Source: Octopus vulgaris
Taxonomy: Eukaryota
Direction of reading: 5' to 3'
Length of the DNA: 64,000 bases
Assembly: GCA_951406725.2 (NCBI GenBank)
Contig: OX597820.1
Span: 55,366,001-55,430,000, forward strand
In this document: one piece after another, positions 24,240-42,978 of the stretch
How the letters are laid out: every line of letters starts with the position of its first letter
Position numbering within the stretch: the stretch's first letter is position 1
The notes under the pieces: model-generated
What the model was told of the DNA's origin: nothing
Databases searched by the model: none
The model's input: only the letters and a program-made list of their open reading frames with translations
Made by a program: the position numbers and the translations under genes

Positions 24240-26503
24240 TAGTCCTCCAGGCAATTACGGAGGAATTCAAGACAGGTTGTCACTGGGAGCTCCTCTACGC
24301 TGACGACCTTGCTCTTATTGCTGAGTCACTATCAGAGCTGGAGGAGAAGTTCCAGGTGTGGAAGGAGGGTTTAGAATCGAGGGGCCTTAGAGTCAACCTA
24401 GCTAAAACCAAAGTACTAATAAGTAGGAAGGTAGACAATCCACAAATGTCTTCAGGAAGATGGCCCTGCTCGATCTGTAGAAAAGGTGTAGGTAGAAACT
24501 CTATAAGATGTACCCAGTGTAAGCTATGGACACATAAGAGGTGCAGCAATGTCAAAGGTAGGCTAACTGGGAAGATAGTTTTTGTATGTGGCAAATGCTC
24601 TGGAGCATTAACCTCCGAAAATCTGCAGAAAATAACTTCCGTCACTTTCCAGGGGGAAAAACTAGAAGTAGTTGATAGCTTCCATTATCTAGGTGACCAA
24701 GTCAGTAGTGGGGGTGGGTGCGCTGAAAGTGTAACTGCTAGAATAAGAATAGCCTGGGCAAAGTTTAGGGAGCTCTTACCTCTGCTGGTGACTAAAGGCC
24801 TCTCGCTCAGAGTAAAAGGCAGACTGTATGATGCATGTGTACGAACAGCCATGCTACATGGCAGTGAAACATGGGCCGTGACTGCCGAGGACATGCGTAA
24901 GCTCGTGAGGAATGAAGCCAGTATGCTCCGATGGATGTGTAATGTCAGTGTACATACTCGACAGAGCGTTAGCACCTTGAGAGAAATGTTGTACCTAAGA
25001 GGCATCAGTTGTGGTGTGCAAGAGAGACGATTGCGCTGGTATGGTCATGTGGCGAGAATGGATGAAGATAGGTGTGTGAGAAAGTGCCAATCCTTAGCAG
25101 TTGAGGGAACCCGTGGAAGAGGTAGACCCAGGAAGACCTGGGACGAGGTGGTGAAGCACGACCTTCGAACTTTAGGCCTCACTGAGGAAATGACCAGCGA
25201 CCGAGACCTTTGGAAATATTCTGTACGTGAGAAGACCAGGCAGGACAAGTGAGCCCAGCCCACTTATGAATGCCTTTCCTCCCTTGGACACAAAGACCTG
25301 TTGAGGCAAGCGAAGTCGATATAGAACCTCATCCGACGACAGGCACCCATGCCAACCCCCTTTGCTTGCGAAGACATGTTGGGGCAAGCGAAATCGAATT
25401 GAACCAGCCAGGATCCCTGGTCTGGTGGTACATAAAAAGCACTATCCGACTCGTGGCCGATGCCAGCGCCGCCTCCACTGGCTTCCGTGCCGGTGGCACG
25501 TAAAATACACCAATCTGACCGTACGACAGGCACCCATGCCAACCCCCTTGCTTGCGAAGACATGTTGGGGCAAGCGAAATCGAATTGAACCAGCCAGGAT
25601 CCCTGGTCTGGTGGTACGTAAAAAGCACTATCCGACTCGTGGCCGATGCCTCCACTGGCTTCCGTGCCGGTGGCACGTAAAATACACCAATCTGACCGTA
25701 CGACAGGCACCCATGCCAACCCCCTTGCTTGCGAAGACATGTTGGGGCAAGCGAAAACGAAATCGAAATCGAATTGAACCAGCCAGGATCCCTGGTCTGG
25801 TGGTACGTAAGAAGACTATCCGACTCGTGGCCGATGCCAGCGCCGCCTCCACTGGCTTCCGTGCCGGTGGCACGTAAAATACACCAATCTGACCGTACGA
25901 CAGGCACCCATGCCAACCCCCTTGCTTGCGAAGACATGTTGGGGCAAGCGAAATCGAAATCGAATTGAACCAGCCAGGATCCCTGGTCTGGTGGTACGTA
26001 AGAAGCACTATCCGACTCGTGGCCGATGCCAGCGCCGCCTCCACTGGCTTCCGTGCCGGTGGCACGTAAAGTACACCAATCTGACCGTACGACAGGCACC
26101 CATGCCAACCCCCTTGCTTGCAAAGACATGTTGGGGCAAGCGAAATCGAAATCGAATTGAACCAGCCAGGATCCCTGGTCTGGTGGTACGTAAAAAGCAC
26201 TATCCGACTCGTGGCCGATGCCAGCACCCCCTCGTTTGGCTTCCGTGCAGGTGGCACATAAAATACACCAATCCGACCGTGGCCGTTGCCAGCCTCGCCT
26301 GGCACCTGTGCAGGTGGCACGTAAAAAGCACCCACTACACTCACGGAGTGGTTGGCGTTAGGAAGGGCATCCAGCTGTAGAAACACTGCCAGATAAGACT
26401 GGAGCCTGGTGCAGCCTTCTGGCTTTCCAGATCCCCGGTCGAACCGTCCAACCCATGCTAGCATGGAGAACGGACGTTAAACGATGATGATGATGATGAT
26501 GAT
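24240..26503 (+). mobile_element. RTE LINE, 5'-truncated, with ~170-185-bp tandem array (25335-26290) in 3' UTR and (GAT)n tail
   Basis: YADDL, PHD finger, GRGRPRKTW, stop at 25252; 5-6 repeats of gacaggcacccatgccaacc... Confidence 0.92.
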
Positions 26504-28612
<2,109 letters not shown>

Positions 28613-29189
28613 ACAAACAGACGCTATCTGACCAGCAGGCACGGACACATCTATTCACACCCGCATACTAACCTCCTGATAACCCCAAAATCATTCATGC
28701 ATAAAGGGGAAGTATACACCACATTGGCTACTTCTTCTTTTCTCTCAGTTCAGCCTTTCTGCTAATACCGACAGGTCAGTAAAAACATATTCTCGCCTTG
28801 AACTTAAAATATTCTGAGATGTATAAAAAATCCATTTTAATTTTTGCTGTCAAAAGGCTGGATATATATACCAAAGACTGTATATATATACATGTAATGT
28901 GACAATTTGCGACAACCAATAATTAACGCAACCAATTCCCAATAATATATTTGTTTTATCCTTTTCTGCCAAATTTTCCCAAATATTCTCATCACACTAT
29001 TGAACTTCTCTGTTACCAAACACTATATTTATACATGTAATGTGACAATTATGTATAAAAAAACATTTTTGAATTCATAATATCCAATGTGACAATTATG
29101 TAAAAAACTTTTTTGAATGCATAATATTCAATGTGACAATTATGTAAAAAACTTTTTTGAACCCATATTATTCAATGTTTCCTTAAATG

Positions 29190-29234
29190 TTACTTTTGAC
29201 AATCTTTTACAAAAGAGTGAAACCGGTTAAGTAA
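29190..29234 (+). ncRNA. Minimal HHR, U3-A8 variant, in an ORF-less pLTR-like segment (28620-29280)
   Basis: ttactt-TTGACAA-tcttttacaaaagagt-GAAA-ccgg-TT-aagtaa; 6-bp stem I; preceded by ~43-bp tandem repeats. Confidence 0.7.
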
Positions 29235-29472
29235 ATAAACATCGTTTAAATTGCATTTTCAAACCTTTTTTCTTATATACACACATATATATATATATAT
29301 GTATATAATAATAAATATTAGGGAATAAATCCAAATTTACAGGGAAAAATCAGATTTAGGACTGAATCCAATTTTATAGTAAGATATTATATAATATTAA
29401 TTAGAGACAAAACCACTATTATGCAAATCAAACAAAGAAAGACTTAATCCAATACATAAAAAATTTTATATA

Positions 29473-30913
29473 AATGTCTGCAACTCTCCCATGAAAAGGA
29501 AAGAGCAGACAAAGAAGCCTGGGCTATAGACAACATAAAAACTAATCCCAGAGCTTTCTACAGGTATGCCAAAGAAACAGCTACGGTGTACTGTAGGATA
29601 GGGCCACTCCTTGAAAAGGATGGCACACTCACAGGAAAACCAATGAGGGTAAGTGAAATACTGAATGAGCAATTCAAGAGTGTTTTCACTCCACCCCTTG
29701 GGCATTTCCAAATCAGCAATCCAACTGACTTCTTTACCACTGCAGATATAAAATCAGAGGCGGCGACGATAAATTACATCGATATAAAGGAAGACGATGT
29801 AATAAAGGCTATAGATGAAATGAAAACAGACTCAGCTATTGGCCCCGATGGATTCCCGGCAATCCTCCTAAAAGTATGTAAGAGAGTCCTAGCAAGACCA
29901 CTGCAGTTCCTCTTTCAGAGCTTCCTTGCAGCTGGCAAACTTCCAAGAAAACTGAAGGAAGGTAAAATATGCCCTATTCATAAAGGAGGTAGCAGAGCGG
30001 AGGCCAAGAACTACAGACCTATCTCTCTCACCTCACACATCAGCAAGGTCATGGAACGAATAGTCAGAAAGAAACTAATCACCTTCCTTGAAGAAAATGA
30101 CTTGCTGCCTGACACCCAACATGGTTTCCGACCAGGAAGAAGCTGCTTAACTCAGCTCCTACAACACTATGACTGGGTGCTGAAACAACTGCTCAACCAC
30201 TCAAATGTGGAAGTCATATATCTCGACTTTGCAAAGGCCTTTGATAAAGTCGGTCATGGAATGATATGTCACAAACTGCGTGATCTTGGCATAGTTGGAA
30301 AATTGGGAGAATGGCTTCACGACTTTCTGAAGAATAGAAGTCAGGTGGTAGCAGCCAATGGGGCCACTTCCATTAACACGCAAATAATGAGCGGTGTTCT
30401 GCAGGGCACTGTTTTGGGACCACTACTGTTCATAATGGCCCTCTCAGACATGCCCTCAGCCACGCAGAGAGCCACGATCACAAGTTATGCAGATGATACA
30501 AAAGTTTCACAGGCAATACAGAACCCTGAGGACACTAAGCACCTGCAATGTGAGCTGGACGAAATATACAAGTGGGCTGAAAAGAATAGCATGCAGTTCA
30601 ATGCTGAAAAGTTTCAAGCTTTATACTATCAGCATGCAAAACTGAATGCAATACTCAATGAATACACTGGACCCGGAGGGATTGCAATCCCAGAGGCACA
30701 ATCAGTGATTGACCTGGGTATTCACATGAGTGATGACGCGACCTTTCATGTACATGTTGCTAAACTGGCAATGAAATGTAGACGGCTGGCTGGATGGATT
30801 CTTAGAACCTTTAGAACAAGAGAACAAGAAACCATGATGGTCCTCTGGAAGACACTTGTCCTAAGCCACTTTGACTATTGCTCTCAGCTATGGTCACCAT
30901 CCAGTGTCAAGTT
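29473..30913 (+). mobile_element. CR1-group LINE ORF2 fragment, truncated at both ends
   Basis: ORF 29586- with RT motifs; ends mid-ORF in (TA)n. Confidence 0.92.
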
Positions 30914-31066
30914 GTATATATATACATATATATATATGTATATACATATATATACATATATATATATACATGTATATATGTACATATATATATATATATA
31001 TGTATATACATATATATATATATGTATATACATATATACATGTATATATATACATATATATATATA

Positions 31067-32255
<1,189 letters not shown>

Positions 32256-32287
32256 TACATGTATATATATACATATATATATATATA

Positions 32288-33536
<1,249 letters not shown>

Positions 33537-33564
33537 TACATATATATATATATGTATATATATG

Positions 33565-33605
<41 letters not shown>

Positions 33606-33677
33606 TATATATATATATATATGTATATATAAATGAAGATATATATGTGTATATATATGTGTATACATATATGTATA

Positions 33678-34866
33678 TATGTACGTACAGCCATGCTACA
33701 TGGTAGTGAAACTTGGGCTGTGACTGCTGACGATTTGCGCAAGCTCGCAAGAAATGAAGCTAGTATGCTCCGATGGATGTGTAACGTCAGTGTTCATAAT
33801 CGACAGAGTGTAAGTACCTTGAGAGAAAACTTGAACCTAAGAAGCATCAGTTGTTGTGTGCAAGAGAGACGTTTGCGCTGGTATGGTCATGTGATGAGAA
33901 TGGCTGAAGATAGTTGTGTGCGAAAGTGCCACACCCTGGCAGTTGAGGGGACCTGTGGAAGAGGTAGACCCAGGAAAACCTGGGTCGAGGTGGTGAAGCA
34001 CGACCTTCGAACTTTAGGTCTCACCAAGGAAATGACCAGAGACCGAGACCTTTGGAAGTATGCTGTGCATGAGAAAACCCGGCAAGACCAGTGAGAACAG
34101 TCAAAATCAAAATCAAAATCAAACAAAATCAATACATATATCAGAAAGCAGAACCAAATTGAGGTCAATCAACATCAGGGCCCCCGTGCAGGTGACACGT
34201 AAAAGCACCATCCGTTTGTGGCCATTTGCCAGCCCTGTCTGGCCCCCGTGTCGGTGGCACGTAAAAGCACCATCCGTTCGTGTTCGTTGCCAGCCTCGCC
34301 TGGCCCCTGTGCCGGTGACACGTAAAAGCACCATCCGTTCGTGGCCGTTTGCCAGCTATGTCTGGCCCCCGTGCCGGTGACACGTAAAAGCACCATCATT
34401 TGTGGCCGTTTGCCAACCCTGTCTGGCCCCCGTGTCGGTGGCATGTAAAAGCACCATCCGTTCGTGTCCGTTGCCAGCCTTGCCTGGCCCCCGTGCCGGT
34501 GACACGTAAAAGCACCATCCGTTTCGTGGCCGTTTGCCAGCTCTGTCTGGCCCCCGTGTTGGTGGCACGTAAAAGCACCATCCGTTTGTGTCCGTTGCCA
34601 GCCTCGTCTGGCCCCCGTGCCGGTGACACGGAAAAGCACCATCCGTTCGTGGCCGTTTGCCAGCTCTGTCTGGCACCTGTGCGGGTGGCACGTAAAAAGC
34701 ACCCACTACACTCACAGAGTGGTTGGCATTAGGAAGGGCATCCAGCCGTAGAGACACTGCCAGATCTGACTGGGCCTGATGAAGCCTTCCAGCTTCACAG
34801 ACCCCAGTTGAACCGTCCAACCCATGCTAGCATGGAGAACGGACGCTAAATGATGATGATGATGAT
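33678..34866 (+). mobile_element. RTE LINE 3' fragment with ~61-bp tandem array (34180-34700) and (GAT)n tail
   Basis: [11 protein letters not shown]...GRGRPRKTW, stop at 34094; ~8-9 repeats of cacgtaaaagcaccatccgttcgtggccg... Confidence 0.9.
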
Positions 34867-35124
34867 GTATATATATATGTGTATATATATATGTATATAT
34901 GTATAGTGTTAATTGTCCTGTACTCTATTTTTTTGTTGTTTTAAAAAAATGTCCAGTTCCTTTGGTTTGTGTCTATGTTTTCGTTTCTCATTGTGTTCGA
35001 CGTCCTTTTGGTGTCCTGTACTCATATATGCGTGTATATGTACATGTAGAGGTAGGTACGTACATATATGTTTATATATATGCATATGTTTTATTTTATT
35101 TATTAATATATATATATATATATA

Positions 35125-35352
35125 TGTTTCTTTATTACCCACAAGGGGCTAAACATAGAGGGGACAAACAAGGACAGACAAATGGATTAAGTCGATTATA
35201 TCGACCCCAGTAAGTAACTGGTACTTAATTCATCGACCCCGAAAGGATGAAAGGCAAAGTCGACCTCGGCGAAATTTGAACTCAGAACGTAACGACGGTC
35301 GAAATACCACGAAGCACTTTGCACGGCGTGCTAACGTCTCTGCCAGCTCGCA
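35125..35352 (-). mobile_element. Abundant SINE family (ggcgagctggcagaaacgttagcac...gagttcaaattcc)
   Basis: B-box-like GAGTTCAAATTCC; other copies at 35820-35970(+), 40015-40197, 42200-42978, 54176-54407(-), 57378-57588, 57946-58172. Confidence 0.8.
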
Positions 35353-35381
35353 GTCTTAAATGCAGTGACAGTTTCATCTTT

Positions 35382-35593
35382 GGGAGACAACCAAGGATGA
35401 CAAAATAGGAACTTCCGGTACAGATGGAGTGTGTGGGAGGGCGGGGTCTTCCGGTACAGGTGGAGGGTATGGAAGGACGGGGACTTCCGGTACAGGTGGA
35501 GAGGGTGGAAGGACGGGGCCTTCCGGTACAGGTGGAGGGTGTGGACTTCCGGTAAGGTGGCCGCATGGCCACAGCTCTGAGCTGAAACTTAAA

Positions 35594-35594
<1 letters not shown>
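35382..35594 (+). repeat. 36-bp minisatellite (CTTCCGGT x5) followed by a CR1 LINE 3' tail
   Basis: cttccggtacaggtggagggt..; then gcatggccacagctctgagctgaaact; truncated copy at 8694-8767. Confidence 0.75.
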
Positions 35595-35624
<30 letters not shown>

Positions 35625-35710
35625 CATGTGTGTGTGTGTGTGTATATATATATATAGCTATGTATTGAGTACCTTATTTACTGTGGTTAACCCCGACTCA
35701 ACCCGGAACC

Positions 35711-35802
<92 letters not shown>

Positions 35803-36002
35803 GATATATATGTGAAGTCGGCGAGCTGGCAGAAACGTTAGCACGCCGGGCTAAATGCTTAGCAGTATTTCGTCTGCCGCTAAGTTGTGAGTTCAAATTC
35901 CACCGAGGTCGACTTTGTCTTTCATCTTTTCGGGGTCGATTAAATAAGTACCAGTTACGCACTGGGGTCGAATCATGTGGTTGGGAAGCAAGCTTCTTTC
36001 CA

Positions 36003-38170
36003 CACAGTCACACCTGTTAATTTTCACAAGAACAAAATCCCCAGAGAGAGGAAAATTTTAATGAGACGGCGTACGAAATTTTCAAATCGCCTAAACAAAC
36101 AGATTGAAAGCAGTGAAAAGTCCCGCCTAAAAATAAAACTGTTGGAAATCGAAAAATGTCTGCAACTCTCCCATGAAAAAGAAAGAGCAGACAAAGAAGC
36201 CTGGGCTATAGAAAACATAAAATCTAACCCCAGAGCTTTCTACAGGTATGCCAAAGAAACAGCTACAGTGCACTGTAGAATAGGGCCACTCCTCGAAAAG
36301 GATGGCACACTTACAGGAAAACCAATGAGGGTAAGTGAAATACTGAATGAGCAATTCAAGAGTGTTTTCACTCCACCCCTTGGGCATCTCCAAATCACCA
36401 ATCCAACTGACTTTTTTACCACTGCAGATATAAAATCAGAGGCGGCGACGATAGATTACATCGATATAAATGAAGACGATGTAACCAAGGCTATAGATGA
36501 AATGAAAACAGACTCAGCTACTGGCCCCGATGGATTCCCCGGCAATCCTCCTAAAAGCATGTAAGAGAGTCCTAGCAAGACCACTGCAGTTCCTCTTTCA
36601 GAGCTTCCTTGCAGCTGGCAAACTTCCAGGAAAACTGAAGGAAGGTAAAATATGCCCCATTCATAAAGGAGGTAGCAGAGCGGAAGCCAAGAACTATAGA
36701 CCTATCTCTCTGACCTCACACATCAGCAAGGTCATGGAACGAATAGTCAGAAGGAAGCTGATCACCTTCCTTGAAGAGAATGACTTGCTGCCCGACACCC
36801 AACATGGTTTCCGACCAGGGAGAAGCTGTTTAACTCAGCTCCTACAACACTATGACTGGGTGCTGAAACGGCTGCTCAACCACTCAAATGTGGAAGTGAT
36901 ATATCTCGACTTTGCAAAGGCCTTTGATAAAGTCGATCATGGAATGATATGTCACAAACTGCGTGATCTCAACATAGTTGGAAAACTGGGAGAATGGCTT
37001 CATGACTTTCTGAAGGATAGAAGTCAGGTGGTAGTAGCCAATGGGGCCACCTCCATTAACACACAAATAGTGAGCGGTGTTCCGCAGGGCACTGTTCTGG
37101 GACCACTACTGTTCATAATGGCCCTCTCAGACATGCCCTCAGCCACGCAGAGAGCCACGATCACAAGTTATGCAGATGATACAAAAGTTTCACAGGCAAT
37201 ACAGAACCCTGAGGACACTAAACACCTGCAATGTGAGCTGGACGAAATATACAAGTGGGCTGAAAAGAATAGCATGCAGTTCAATGCTGGAAAGTTTCAA
37301 GCTTTATACTATCAGCATGCAAAACTGAATGCAATACCCAATGAATACACTGGACCCGGAGGGATTGCAATCCCAGAGGCACAATCAGTGCGTGACCTGG
37401 GTATTCACATGAGTGATGACGCGACCTTTCATGTACATGTTGCTAAACTGACAATGAAATGTAGACGGCTGGCTGGATGGATTCTTAGAACCTTTAGAAC
37501 AAGAGAACAAGAAACCATGATGGTCCTCTGGAAGACACTTGTCCTAAGCCACTTTGACTATTGCTCTCAGCTATGGTCACCATCCAGTGTCAAGTTGATC
37601 ACAGAACTTGAGGCGATCCAACGAAGCTACACAAAGAAGATAGCCTCTATGCAGAATGTAAGCTACTGGGAAAGACTCAAGAGATTAAAATTATATTCCC
37701 TGGAGCGTAGGCGGGAGAGATATGCCATAATATACATCTGGAAGATCCTGGAGGGAAGTGTCCTGAACTTTGGCATCGAGAGTTACGCAAATGCCAGAAC
37801 TGGGCGGCCACTGCGTGGTGCCTAGGACTCCAAACCTGCCATCAAGATGTAGGACAAGATACTGTGATAGCCTGGGCTTCCGAGGCCCACAGCTCTTCAA
37901 TATCCTCCCGAAGAACCTGAGAGACCTGCATGGGGTGGATACAGATGTCTTTAAAATGAAGCTGGATCTCTTCCTGTCAGGTGTCCCAGATGAACCAACT
38001 TCACGGCAGGAGAGGCAGATGAGGGCAGCTGCATCGAACTCTCTCATGCACCAAATAGCAGTTGCTAGAAAGCCTCCATGAAGTGAAACCAAGTAGCAAC
38101 ACCAAATGGCGGTGCCCCAGCATGGCCACAGCTCATAAGCTGAAACTAGAATCAATCAATCAATCAATCA
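36003..38170 (+). mobile_element. CR1-group LINE, 5'-truncated, complete 3' end with (ATCA)n tail
   Basis: ORFs 35977-36564, 36530-37825 and 37770-38081 joined by two single-base frameshifts; tail aatcaatcaatc. Confidence 0.93.
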
Positions 38171-38425
38171 TGTGTACATATATATATATATATGTCATCA
38201 TCATCATCATCATTTAGCATCCGTTTTCCATGCTAGCATGGGTTGGACGGTTCAACTGGGGTCTGTGAAGCTGGAAGGCTTCATCAGGCCCAGTCAGATC
38301 TGGGCCTGATATATATACATATATATATATACATATATATGTATATATATACATATATATATGTATATATATATATGTAGATATATATGTGTAGATATAT
38401 ATGTGTAGATATATATGTGTATATA

Positions 38426-38492
<67 letters not shown>

Positions 38493-38493
38493 T

Positions 38494-39034
38494 ATGGTGT
38501 TCTATTAGTTTCCCTGTACTAAATCCATTTACAAGGCTTTGGTTGGCCCGAGGCTTGTAGAAGATAGTTGCCTAAGATGTCATGTAGTGAAAGGATGGTC
38601 ATGGCTAGACTACATTTGTTTATAGATCTGGTCAGTGAACAGTGATTAAAGAAGTGAAGTAAATGAAACGTAGGAGTTACAAGTTTTTCCTCTCTTTTTT
38701 TGTTTTTCAGACAGTTGCATAAGTCATATTAAAAAATTGAATCTCAAAGATAAAACGTAATTCATTTTGAGGTCAGTTGTGAGAGAGTAGTCATATTTTG
38801 GAGGAGGGAAATTTTGATAGAGAAAAGAAACTTTATGTGACGTATGTAAAATAAAAACATTGTTGTAGAGTGAAATACCAAAGCCAAACTTTGGTTGGTT
38901 AACCATGTATGACTGGATAAATCCTGTTTGTGGGAGATTTCTGCTTAATTGAAGTTGTTGTTGCTTAGCCTTATGTGAGTCTTGATTGAGTGGATTGACA
39001 ATTAAAGGCATCCAGCAGTGACAGTTTCATCTTT
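38494..39034 (+). repeat. Copy 2 of the ~540-bp duplicated segment
   Basis: Matches 8153-8693. Confidence 0.9.
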
Positions 39035-42000
39035 CAATTTTGTGAAAGACCACATTATTCAATATGTTCCTTTCATAAAAGTGTGAGGTGCGATTTGTGG
39101 GAGATTTTGGCTGTTATTTTTAGGAACCTGTATGTTGTCTACCAACCACGTACATGTTTTCTCATTGGTTCAGCACGTGTGAGATAATAAAAGAGAAACA
39201 GGTAATTCTCAAGCTTTCTGTATTTTTATTGGCTGTTGTCACTGAGGGTAGGAGAGGAAGAGGTATTCAAGTGAAAAAATACGTCAATTCATTGAGCAGC
39301 AGAGCAATGCTTTTCACAATGTGTTATGCGTGAAAAGAAAGAGGGTATTCAGTACAGAGCTCTGAATGAACTGAAGTGGATGAGGAGATAGATACCAGGC
39401 AGTTGGGGTGGTGATATTATAGTGGAGGAAGAAGTATACAGTTTATAGGTGAGATACAACAGAGACAACATGCCTCACAATAAAGACAAAATACCGGTTT
39501 CAAATACGGATTTGTTTCCAGTCACTTAACGCTATGCTTCAGGTAACCAGATGAAAGAAAGCATGAGAGAGAGAGAGAGAGAAACAGGTGTGCATATAGA
39601 CATGCATTTGTTTACTGATTTAACCCCTTAGTGTTTAAACTGGCCATATCCAGCTCAAATATTCAACCTGTTTTATGTTCAAACTGGCCAGATCCAGTCT
39701 CTTACACCTATACTATAATGTCATTCTAAAGATATAAGAATAAAAATTTTGAAATTATGAGACAATCTATGGTTAATTCAAAACAATTTGAATAAATAAG
39801 CATTAGATTTGACAGAAAAGTCAGTTTTCTTATACTAGAATAGATAGGATGAAGACATTATTCAGGTATTGTCTTACAGCCAAATGACTGTCCATTTATG
39901 GATTTTACTGTAAAGATCAGCAACAAGAAAGGAATTTCATTCCATATGTCTTCAAAAAAGGTGAGGTTGATAAGGAATTGTCAACATAATATCACCACTT
40001 TTGCTTGAGTGAGGGCAGAAATGCTTAGCAATATTTCGTCTGTCTTTGTGTTCTGAGTTCCAATTCCGCCAAGGTCAACTTTGCCTTTCATGCTTTCGGG
40101 GTTGATAAATTAAGTACCAGTTGTGTACTGTGTCAATCTAATCGACTGGTCCCCACTCTCCAAAAATTTTGGGCCTTGTGCCTAGAGTAGAAAAGAGTAT
40201 CACCCTTTTTGCTTGAGTGAATTCATGGAAAGACATTCACACAAACACACACATGCAGAAATACATAAATTATCATCATCAACACTTAACACCTGTTTTC
40301 TATGCTGGTATGGGCTGGACGGCTTGACAGGAACTAGCAAAGTCAGGGGCCATACCAAGTTCCATAATCTGTTTTGGCTTGGTTTCTATGGCTGGATGCC
40401 ATTCCTAATGCCAACCACTTTATAGAGTGTACTGAGTGCATTTTGTGTGGCACAAGCACCAACACCAATGTTTTTTACATGGCACCTTGGTTTTAGGACC
40501 CCTATTCTGTTGTGGTGGGTGGGTCTTCTTGAGTACAGTAATGTACCACATATCTTGGTCCTCTGTCATCTCCTTTGTAAGGTTCAGTGCTTTGAGACTG
40601 GCCTGCAACATTTCATCCCATGTCTTCCTGGGTCCCTCTCATTCATCACTGATTCATCCGGATTCTGCTGACCATTTCCACTCACAGGGCATTGGTTGGC
40701 CTGAGGCTATAGCCCAATGTGATATGCAGTAGAACTGTACCTATAATTATGTGGTTCCAACTGCTTAACCACACCATGTATGTGTGTGTGTGTGTGTGTG
40801 TGTGCGTATGTCTGTATGTACACAAAAAAAAATTGAAAGAAATACAAAAATAATATTAAATTTTAGTTAATTGTCTGCTTTTTTCTATAAGCCCATTAAC
40901 AAACATAAGTAATAGCTAACCATTTCTTTAATCACAAGCAAGCCCAAAACCAGTAATCCTCTCCAGCTTCCAGTGGAAAGGAGAATAATTTTCCATTGGA
41001 TAAGATGCTGTTTTATTACAAGTAACATTTTTCCTGAAGGAAAACTAGAATTTAATTGGCTATTATATGCCACATTATCTTAAAACTAGGTGGACTGGAT
41101 CCATCGAGTTGCCATGGTGACATGACATAACCAGTTTGCCAGTTGTTGGTCAAGTACACTGTTGCAGCAGGCCCACTCTGACCACTTATGCTTTCGTTCA
41201 TAAGCATATTGTCCTGCTATGTTTTAACTCCACAGCTCGATGAAGTGTAAGCGTATCATTTCTAACTTATCTATGCTGGTTATATGTCTATCTATACATA
41301 TTGATCAATTATAGATTGCATAAGGTGCTCCAGTGGTCAGGGGATTAACTCTGGTCCTTGGTATTGGTGTGTAATTTGGACTTGGCATACAAAGAGCTGG
41401 GACAGAACTCTTGATATGTTGTTCAATGCTCTAACAATTCCAGCCATCAGTTCACTACCCTGGGCAAGTATTTTATTTATTTACCTTGGAAGTGAAGAAA
41501 GGTAAAGCTCACTTTCGAGGGATTTGAACACAGAGACAGAGAGCTACAATGAATATTGTAAGCTGTTTGTTTAATCACTTTGCCACCATGTCTGCGGATA
41601 ATTAATTCTTCATCATCATCATTTAATGTCCATTTTCTGTGTTGGCATAGGTTGGACAGCTTGACAGGAACTGGTAAAGCCAGGGTCCACACTCGGCTCC
41701 ATTGTCTGTTCTGATATGGTTTCCACAGCTGGATGCCCTTCCTAACACCAACCACTCTACAGAGGATACTGGGTGCTTTTTACATGGCAGCATCACCAGT
41801 GCTTTTTAAGAGGCACCAACACCAGTGCTTTTTACATGGCACCAGCACTCACACCAATGCTTTTTATGTGGCACTTCAGTTTTAGGATCTCAATTCTGTT
41901 GTGGTGGGCAAGTTTTCTGAAGTACAATAATGTGTCACTAATTAATTTACTGTCAAGTTTTATAGTCATACACCACTACTGCTGCCGCCGCCACCACCAC

Positions 42001-42978
42001 AGGCACTATCAAGTCATTCTTATCTCCACAGGCTATTTTACAGCTGTTTAATGGCAATATATTTCATTCTAAAATGGTGCATGAAAAACTGACTGCTTAA
42101 GAAAATAAAAACAAGGTACACCAGAAGAAAGTCATTGAAAGGTGAAATATAAAAGTCTTGAACAAAACCAATGATTTTGTTATCTTTATTACTGCTACCT
42201 TAAGGCAGTGAACTGGCAGAATCACTAGCAAACTGGCCAAAATGCATAGTGGCATTCTGGCTCTTCATGTTCTAAGTTCAAATTCCTCCAAGGTCAACTC
42301 TGCCTTTCATCCTGTTGGGTTGATGAAAAAAGTGTCTGTTGAGTATTGGGGTTTGATCTAACTGCCCCCACCCCCCACCCCAGCCACCAAATGTCAAGCC
42401 TTGTTTCTAGATTAGAAAGTATTATTAGTGCGATCGGCAAGCTGGCAAACCTTTTAGAGCATTGTATGAAATACTTAGCAGCATTTCTTCTGACTCTACA
42501 TTCTGAGTTCAAATTTCATCAAAGTCAACCGTTGCCTTTTATCATTTTGGGGGGTCAATAAATAGTACTAGTTGAGTGTTGATGTTGATGTAATTGACTA
42601 TTCCTCTCTACTAAAAATGCTGATCTTGAGCCAAAATTTGAAACCATAGTCAATTCTGTCAAAGGCTGGTGGATTGGATTGGTAGAACTGTTAGTGTGGC
42701 AGACAAAATGCTTTGCAGTATTCTGACTCTTTATGGTCTGAGTTCAAATCCCACTGAGGACTTTGCCCTTCATCTCTCCAGAGTTAATAAAATCAAGTGA
42801 CAGTCAATTACAGGTGTCTATGGTATCAACTAACTCTTCCCTTCAAAACTGCTTCTCTTGTGCTTAAATCAAACACAATCATTAGAGCTACTAAGACAGA
42901 ATGGATAAGAATGTGTGACAAATGTTTTCTATGTGTTGTTGCCTCCCTTTATGTTTTGAGTTCAAATTCAGTTAGAGA

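Noticed and set aside
23717-25252. 511-aa ORF suggesting a PLE-RTE fusion
   Set aside because: Antisense PLE read through a TA tract into an independent RTE; chance open frame.
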